The notes under the pieces are model-generated. The model did not search any database, had not been told where the DNA came from, and saw only the letters and a program-made list of their open reading frames with translations. Shown one piece after another: positions 58,334-64,000 of a stretch of DNA of 64,000 nt (positions within the stretch are counted from its first letter, which is position 1; each line of letters opens with the position of its first letter). The DNA is taken from positions 177,237 through 241,236 of the forward strand of contig NZ_JMCB01000018.1 of the NCBI RefSeq assembly GCF_000737315.1. The letters run 5' to 3'. This DNA comes from Hyalangium minutum (GTDB lineage: Bacteria; Myxococcota; Myxococcia; Myxococcales; Myxococcaceae). Both the position numbers and the translations under genes were made by a program.

Positions 58334-59278
58334 TTGCGGCAATGGCCAAGAAAATTCCCCGGCGTGTCTCAAGTGCGGCGGCCCCAGAAAGTGAAGTGGC
58401 GCCCGCTTGTGCTGAGCTGCGCAGCCGTGCTCCTGGCTCTACCTCTCCTGCTTTTGCTGTGGGTGCTCCTGAGGCCGGAATTGACGGCGGTCTCTCCTTC
58501 AGGGGTGCACATCAGCCCCATGCTCGACGCAGAGCAGCGCATGCGCTTGACGACTTACCGCCGTGAGTGCCGCTCGCGCGGCGACTGTGAGCCGCCACTG
58601 GGTTGCTTGTATGAGGCTCGATACAAACAAGCATATTGCACCGATAGCCAGTGCATGACGGATGCGCAGTGTCCGGAAGCACAGGGATGCCGCGCGCTGG
58701 CGACCTATGAAAATGGGCCGCAAGTGCGCATCTGCGTGCCTATCGGCATACGGCAAGAAGGTCAGGGTTGCGATCCCGCTCCAGAAGACAAACAGCATGC
58801 GTGCGCGGCCGGACTTGTGTGCGGAGGCCGCAACAACAGTTGGTGTGGCCGGCCGTGCCGTCTGGGAAGCCAAGAAACGGACTGCCCTGACGGCTTTTTC
58901 TGCGCGGATACCGTCCCCGCCCCCATGTGCCTGCCAACCTGCGAAACGCGCGGTTGCCCTGAAGGCCAGTCATGCGTCCAGTTCGATGAGGGAGCCTCGG
59001 TCTGCGCCCAGGTGTATGGCCCCAACTGCCAGCAGTCACCGTGTCCCGAGGGGCGCAGGTGCATCGCGTTTGGGGAGGCAGCCCATCCGGGCAAGGTATG
59101 GACCGAGTGCGTCGAGCGCTGTGGCAAGGACTCGCCTCTCTGCAGCACCGGAAAAGTCTGTGACGTCTACCATTGCATTCCCGCCTGTGACCCACAGGCC
59201 CCCGGTACATGCGGCAATGGCTACCGATGCGGGCAGGCCTCGCCGACAGCGCCATTTGGGTGCTTGCCAGACTGGTAG
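58334..59278 (+). CDS. Cysteine-rich membrane-anchored hypothetical protein
   Basis: One TM followed by dense Cys repeats (C...DC..PLGC, CP.GFFC, CP.GQ.C), a pattern typical of myxobacterial EGF-like proteins. Start uncertain. Confidence 0.8.
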   Translation: MRQWPRKFPGVSQVRRPQKVKWRPLVLSCAAVLLALPLLLLLWVLLRPELTAVSPSGVHISPMLDAEQRMRLTTYRRECRSRGDCEPPLGCLYEARYKQAYCTDSQCMTDAQCPEAQGCRALATYENGPQVRICVPIGIRQEGQGCDPAPEDKQHACAAGLVCGGRNNSWCGRPCRLGSQETDCPDGFFCADTVPAPMCLPTCETRGCPEGQSCVQFDEGASVCAQVYGPNCQQSPCPEGRRCIAFGEAAHPGKVWTECVERCGKDSPLCSTGKVCDVYHCIPACDPQAPGTCGNGYRCGQASPTAPFGCLPDW

Positions 59279-59318
59279 CCCCTCCCTCGTGTTACCTGTT
59301 ACCAAGCGCTCCCAGTCC

Positions 59319-59341
59319 ACTTCCGACTGCCAGTCAGAAGT
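59319..59341. repeat. REP-like palindrome
   Basis: ACTTCCGACTGCCAGTCAGAAGT, near-perfect palindrome with one mismatch. Confidence 0.6.
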
Positions 59342-59452
59342 TTCCACCCCACGCACAGGTGGAGACGCTGGAATATAACAGCAACCCTGTTGCATTACTG
59401 GCCTGTTATACTGCGAGTGAAGCCCAACCCTGCTTTGCTCCGAGGTTCAGTC

Positions 59453-60190
59453 ATGCATCTTGTGAAACGGGTTGTCGTTGCTGTGGGTCTCCTGATCATG
59501 TCCGCTTGCGGAGGGGCCATCGCAGAGAGAGAACCGGATGTGCCGCCTCTGAATGAGCTGCCTCCGGATGTGCCGCCTCTGAATGAGCTGCCTCCGAATG
59601 AACCGCCTCCGTGTCAGCCGTCTCCGCCCCCGGCCGAGGACGCAGCTCACCTCGGCGCCGTGCATGCCTATTCCCAGAGCTGCCGCTATACCCTCTCCTA
59701 CTCGACGCGCGTGGTGCCAGATGAGCCACACGCCGTCACGGTCTACGACATCTCCATCGATCGCACGCAGGAATGCTCCTGTCTCTGGGCGTCCCAGAGC
59801 ACACGGCTCATGACGTCGTACACCCTGCCTGCCCTCTCGATCGCAGCCACCGACAAGGGAGTGGCCGTCAGCTACACCCACAAGACGTCCTGGTCCACGG
59901 TGGGGAGCAACTACATCCCTCGCTACCTCAACATCAAACACATCGCACCGGATACGCTTGCGACCGTGAGAGACGTGCAATGGGGCGCCTGGGGTTGTGA
60001 GAGCGCCTGCCCTCCGGCTCACATCTACTCGGGGCAGCTCTCCTTCCCGAATGGGGGTGACACGCTTCGGGTCGATGGAACCAAGAGCGGAATCATCCGG
60101 GGCGAGATCGGCAGTGGCAATAGCTTCAGCGCCCTCTTGCCGTCCTTCTTCACCAGCACGACGGCGCCCTCCATCCAGGCCTCCCCGTAA
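59453..60190 (+). CDS. Hypothetical lipoprotein
   Basis: Lipobox IMSAC; ATG 59453 after GAGG; Pro-rich linker and beta-rich domain. Confidence 0.75.
   Translation: MHLVKRVVVAVGLLIMSACGGAIAEREPDVPPLNELPPDVPPLNELPPNEPPPCQPSPPPAEDAAHLGAVHAYSQSCRYTLSYSTRVVPDEPHAVTVYDISIDRTQECSCLWASQSTRLMTSYTLPALSIAATDKGVAVSYTHKTSWSTVGSNYIPRYLNIKHIAPDTLATVRDVQWGAWGCESACPPAHIYSGQLSFPNGGDTLRVDGTKSGIIRGEIGSGNSFSALLPSFFTSTTAPSIQASP
59534..59593 (+). repeat. Perfect 30-bp tandem duplication (PDVPPLNELP x2)
   Basis: CCGGATGTGCCGCCTCTGAATGAGCTGCCT at 59534 and 59564. Confidence 0.9.
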
Positions 60191-60330
60191 CGGGCACCTC
60201 GGCGACTCGGAACTTCTGACCAGGAGGGCTGGTCGGGATAGAGGCACAGGTCGGAAAAGGTGGGCATAGGCTTGAGCAAGGCGGGTGCGGCCATCTCCGG
60301 GTATATCCTCGTAGGGGAGCGGCCCATTCG

Positions 60331-60424
60331 TCGGAGCTAACTGGTTAGCTCCGGCCACCTTCGGGCCCCCCCTCGTCGGGGAACCGCCCGTTCATCGGAG
60401 CTAACTGGTTAGCTCCGGCCACCT
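60331..60424. repeat. Two identical 30-bp palindromic direct repeats 64 bp apart
   Basis: TCGGAGCTAACTGGTTAGCTCCGGCCACCT at 60331 and 60395. Confidence 0.85.
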
Positions 60425-60667
60425 GTTGGCAGCGGCCCTCTGGCCTCTGTATTCCGACCAACCCTGCCAGTCGGAAGTCTGGAGCAGCCGCTTCCACTTG
60501 AGTGGAACCCACGGACGGCCCTGGCTCCTGTGACCGAGCACGATGGTTGGGGGATCCAGGCCGTCAAAAGATCCGGCTGTTTGCCGGGTAGCGTTCTTAC
60601 AGATGAGTTGCATCCCTGCAGCGAGCCGGATCCTGGCAGTGCGCGCTGGGTGAGGTAGGCAGGGGCC

Positions 60668-60722
60668 GGAGCAGGCCGAGCGCCATCGCGAACGCCCAGC
60701 AGGAGCAACAGGGCCACTCCCA
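60668..60722 (-). pseudogene. 55-bp duplicated fragment of the neighbouring kinase gene (TM region)
   Basis: Near-identical to 61843-61897 (LLLLLGVRDGARPAP). Confidence 0.7.
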
Positions 60723-60866
60723 GTGCCGGGTATGAACGGCGGCAATACGCGTGATCTTCGTAGATGTGGACGAAGACAATATTGCCCTGCCGGATGACGC
60801 GGTCGACCCCGGCGTGGGACGCGGGCTAGAGTCGGCTCGTCACTCGGCTCGCGGAGACCGGCTCTC

Positions 60867-61322
60867 TTGGTGATCCTGCGCAACGTTACAGATGAAGACC
60901 TCCCGATCTTCTTCGAGCACCAACAGGACGCAGTCGCGCTGCGCATGGCCGCATTCCCGTCGCGGGAACGCGATGCCTTCCTGACCCACTGGCGCACGAA
61001 GGTTCTCCGCCCCGAGAACGTGACCCGCACCATCGTCGTTGGCGGCTTGGTCGCTGGGTACATCGGCAGTTGGGAACAGGACGGCAAGCGCCTCGTCGCC
61101 TATTGGATAGGTCGCGAGCACTGGGGCAAGGGCATCGCGACACGGGCGCTCTCGGAGTTCCTCGTGCTCAAGCCGATTCGTCCGCTCCATGCGTGGGTCG
61201 CTGTCCACAACGTCGGGTCGATCCGCGTCCTCGAGAAGTGTGGCTTCCGCACGGTGGCCCAGGAGAACCCGCAGCACGCGGACAGAGTTGCTGAGGTACT
61301 CATGACGCTTGGTCCGAAATAG
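60867..61322 (+). CDS. GNAT (RimJ/RimL-type) N-acetyltransferase
   Basis: YWIGREHWGKGIATRAL and HNVGSIRVLEKCGF; GGAGA RBS before the TTG start. Confidence 0.92.
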   Translation: MVILRNVTDEDLPIFFEHQQDAVALRMAAFPSRERDAFLTHWRTKVLRPENVTRTIVVGGLVAGYIGSWEQDGKRLVAYWIGREHWGKGIATRALSEFLVLKPIRPLHAWVAVHNVGSIRVLEKCGFRTVAQENPQHADRVAEVLMTLGPK

Positions 61323-61487
61323 TATGAGCCGGGTACCCGCAGGACACAGGCCGGTTCCCAGCGCACCGCGTCCTTAAGCAACTTCCCTGAAGGGGGGAGT
61401 CGGAAGCAAACGCACGCTGGTTCCGAATGGTCGGAAGCAAGTGGAACCCACGGACGACCCTGGCTCCCGAAAACACATCGGCGCGGC

Positions 61488-62900
61488 TCAGCGGGGAGCT
61501 CGCGCGCCGGAGGTGTTGGGCCGCTTGGAGGAACCGGGTGGGAAGACCGGCACGTAGCAGGCCCCCTGATACATCTCTCCCTGGAGCACATCACACTCCT
61601 CGCGGCTGACAGCCGTGCGCGCCCAGCAGGCCCCGTTGAGGATGACCTGCCGGGAATGGGGACACCGCCCCTTCTTGTCAGGCTGGGCCTGGGCCTCGAA
61701 GGGCTCGGGCAGCGTGTCCGAGGCCACGGACTGGGAGGTGGACGGAGGTCCAGCGGAGGGCTCGGCCGAAGCCGCCGCTTCGCCCAGACCCGTGGGCTGT
61801 CCCTGGAACGGGCTCGTGCACGTGGCGAGGGGCTCGGCGTCTGGAGCAGGCCGAGCGCCATCGCGAACGCCCAGCAGGAGCAACAGGGACACTCCCACCG
61901 CCCGAGCGAGGAACGCACCCAAGGCGGAGGCGCTGATCCAGGGGAAGCGGCGCGAGCGTTGCCCAGGCAGGGCGGACGGGTCGGCGGAGGCGTCCGAGGA
62001 GCACGAGCCAAGCGAATCGGCGGCGCGCTCCAGCGCGGGGGGCAGATCCGCGGCGCTGATGCGCTCCTCGGGGCGAATGGCGAGCATCTGCAGAATCATC
62101 TCGCGCTGCGGCGCAGGCACCCGGGCCGAGGACAAGGCGCGCGGCAGCCGCAGCGCCTCCAGGTACCAGGAGCCCTGGGCATCCTTCTTGAGGTCTCCCA
62201 TGTCCGGGTACTTGCCGGTGGCGAGCACGCAGGCGGTGACGCCCAGGGCGAACACGTCATCGGCGGGGCCGGGGCGATAGCGCTCTGAGGAGAGGCGGTG
62301 GCGCTGGATGAAGAGCCAGGCCTCGGGGGAGCGGTAGGCGGGAGTGCCCGGAGGCAACTGCTGTGGAGTGAGCGAGGCTGCGTCCGGGTAGATGCTGGAG
62401 CCGAAGTCGGTGACGAACAAGCGGCTGTCGGAGCGGCGCACGAGAAGGTTGGCGCCCTTCAAGTCGCGGTGGAGTGCATCCTGGGCGTGGAGGTACTGGA
62501 GGGCGAGGGCCGCCTGGGAGAGCAGCCGCAGCTGCTGTGCGGCCGAGGGGCGGAACATGCGAGCCCAGTCATAGAGGGGCACGCCGTCCACCCACTCCAT
62601 GGTGACGAAGGGATACCGAGCGCCGCTGGGGCTGAGCCAGAAGCCGGAGTCCAGGAGGCGAGGAATGTGGGGATGGAGGCAGCGGGAGAGCAGCTCGCGC
62701 TCGCGCTGGAAGCGAGGATCGTCCGGAAGGAGTGCGAGCTTGAGGGCAGCGGGAGGCACATGCTCCTGGCCGATGCGGACGACACGGTAGACAGCGCCGT
62801 TGACGCCCCGGCTGACCCAGTCGAGCACACGCCAGGGGCCTACGAGGGAGCCAGGAGCAAGGAGGGCCGGGTGGAACTGGGGAGCGTCTTCACGGGACAT
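61488..62900 (-). CDS. Myxobacterial Ser/Thr protein kinase
   Basis: GAVY, AALK, HRDLKGAN, DFG and GTPAYRSPE; TM followed by a C-terminal CP..Q..LNGACW Cys motif. Confidence 0.92.
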   Translation of the reverse strand: MSREDAPQFHPALLAPGSLVGPWRVLDWVSRGVNGAVYRVVRIGQEHVPPAALKLALLPDDPRFQRERELLSRCLHPHIPRLLDSGFWLSPSGARYPFVTMEWVDGVPLYDWARMFRPSAAQQLRLLSQAALALQYLHAQDALHRDLKGANLLVRRSDSRLFVTDFGSSIYPDAASLTPQQLPPGTPAYRSPEAWLFIQRHRLSSERYRPGPADDVFALGVTACVLATGKYPDMGDLKKDAQGSWYLEALRLPRALSSARVPAPQREMILQMLAIRPEERISAADLPPALERAADSLGSCSSDASADPSALPGQRSRRFPWISASALGAFLARAVGVSLLLLLGVRDGARPAPDAEPLATCTSPFQGQPTGLGEAAASAEPSAGPPSTSQSVASDTLPEPFEAQAQPDKKGRCPHSRQVILNGACWARTAVSREECDVLQGEMYQGACYVPVFPPGSSKRPNTSGARAPR

Positions 62901-62961
62901 AGGGTGAGGATCATCCTACCTCAAAGGTAGGGCCAGGGTCACCACACGGTTGCCCGAGTTG

Positions 62962-64000
62962 TCAGTTGATGCCCGCGAGGCGCCTGAATTCTTCGATGCG
63001 CCCCTCAAGTTCGGGATGAAGAGGGCGCTGGAGCGCTTCATGGTTTTGCTGCAGATTTCTGATCATGATCGCAGTGTTGTTCCGCAAAGCTGGAGGGAAG
63101 CGCTTGAACAAGGGCCAGATCAGGTCGAAGGCCTCCTGCGTGGCCGCCAGGGCCTCCTCGCGCCGCCCCAGCTCGCTCAACCTGGTGCCCAGGTTGTTGA
63201 GGCAGCGAGCCAAGTCGGGCTGGAAGGCATCCGGGTTGCGCTGAGCCAGGGCGCGTCGGAGGACCACCGCCTCCTGCGTGGCCGCCAGGGCCTCCTCGCG
63301 CCGCCCCAGCCCGCTCAACATGGCGCCCAGGTTGTTGAGGCAGCCAGCCAAGTCGGGCTGGAAGGCATCCGGGTTGCGCTGAGCCAGGGCGCGGTAGAGT
63401 TCCACCGCCTCCTGCGTGGCCGCCAGGGCCTCCTCGCGCCGTCCCAGCTCGCTCAACCTGACGCCCAGGTTGTTGAGGCTCATGGCCAAGTCGGGCTGGA
63501 AGGCATCCGGGTTGCGCTGAGCCAGGGCGCGTCGGAGGACCACCGCCTCCTGCGTGGCCGCCAGGGCCTCCTCGCGCCGCCCCAGCTCGCTCAACCTAGT
63601 GCCCAGGTTGTTGAGGCTCATGGCCAAGTCGGGCTGGAAGGCATCCGGGTTGCGCTGAGCCAGGGCGCGGTAGAATTCCACCGCCTCCTGCGTGGCCGCC
63701 AGGGCCTCCTCGCGCCGCCCCAGCTCGCTCAACCTGGTGCCCAGGTTGTTGAGGCAGCCAGCCAAGTCGGGCTGGAAGGCATCCGGGTTGCGCTGAGCCA
63801 GGGCGCGTCGGAGGACCACCGCCTCCTGCGTGGCCGCCAGGGCCTCCTCGCGCCGCCCCAGCTCGCTCAACCTAGTGCCCAGGTTGTTGAGGCTCATGGC
63901 CAAGGCGGGCTGGAAGGCATCCGGGTTGCGCTGAGCCAGGGCGCGGTAGAATTCCACCGCCTCCTGCGTGGCCGCCAGGGCCTCCTCGCGCCGCCCCAGC
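62962..64000 (-). CDS. C-terminal part of a tetratricopeptide-repeat protein (42-aa TPR array), 5'-truncated by the window
   Basis: Six complete repeats plus one partial repeat of EALAATQEAV..(Y/R)RALAQRNPDAFQPDLA..LNNLG..LS.LGRR. Confidence 0.92.
   Translation of the reverse strand, partial: LGRREEALAATQEAVEFYRALAQRNPDAFQPALAMSLNNLGTRLSELGRREEALAATQEAVVLRRALAQRNPDAFQPDLAGCLNNLGTRLSELGRREEALAATQEAVEFYRALAQRNPDAFQPDLAMSLNNLGTRLSELGRREEALAATQEAVVLRRALAQRNPDAFQPDLAMSLNNLGVRLSELGRREEALAATQEAVELYRALAQRNPDAFQPDLAGCLNNLGAMLSGLGRREEALAATQEAVVLRRALAQRNPDAFQPDLARCLNNLGTRLSELGRREEALAATQEAFDLIWPLFKRFPPALRNNTAIMIRNLQQNHEALQRPLHPELEGRIEEFRRLAGIN
63130..64000 (-). repeat. Near-identical 126-bp tandem repeat array
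   Basis: The DNA units are almost identical and differ only at a few codons per unit. Confidence 0.9.

Noticed and set aside
60331-60424. Call as a true CRISPR array
   Set aside because: Only two repeats, no cas genes or leader, a 2-nt loop, and similarity extending into the spacer.

Overview
High-GC (about 70% by eye) bacterial chromosomal window with no rRNA, tRNA or cas genes. The gene content points to a myxobacterium (Myxococcales): an ELWxxDGT/MYXO-CTERM surface protein, an FHA-sigma54 activator, Hanks kinases and Cys-rich lipoproteins. Core-like blocks are signalling genes (1-7.6 kb), two MoxR/DUF58 operons (9.7-13.9 and 52.5-58.2 kb), many peptidases and hydrolases, a type II topoisomerase A-B pair (probably parC-parE), two PEGA genes, sppA and rho. 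Accessory patches lie at about 20-21.4, 25.1-28.4, 47.7-52.5 and 58.3-64 kb. The best candidate for an undescribed system is a stand-alone, low-GC (about 50%) gene at 48432-50741 (-) encoding an N-terminal HEPN (RxxxxH) domain, an NB-ARC/STAND ATPase and TPRs, i.e. an NLR-like RNase-effector defence protein. It is flanked by structured non-coding elements and an internally deleted ISAs1-like element. Other highlights: a secreted 8-Cys peptide next to a 7TM-Ser/Thr kinase; a Myxococcus-type LexA box over the topoisomerase promoter; a Rho with a prion-like tail and altered RNA-binding residues; an intact lysyl oxidase lipoprotein divergent from a transglutaminase operon; an enzyme/pseudoenzyme lipoprotein pair; and a collapsed toxin gene with an intact immunity-like gene. 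All family assignments come from motif recognition by eye, not database searches.
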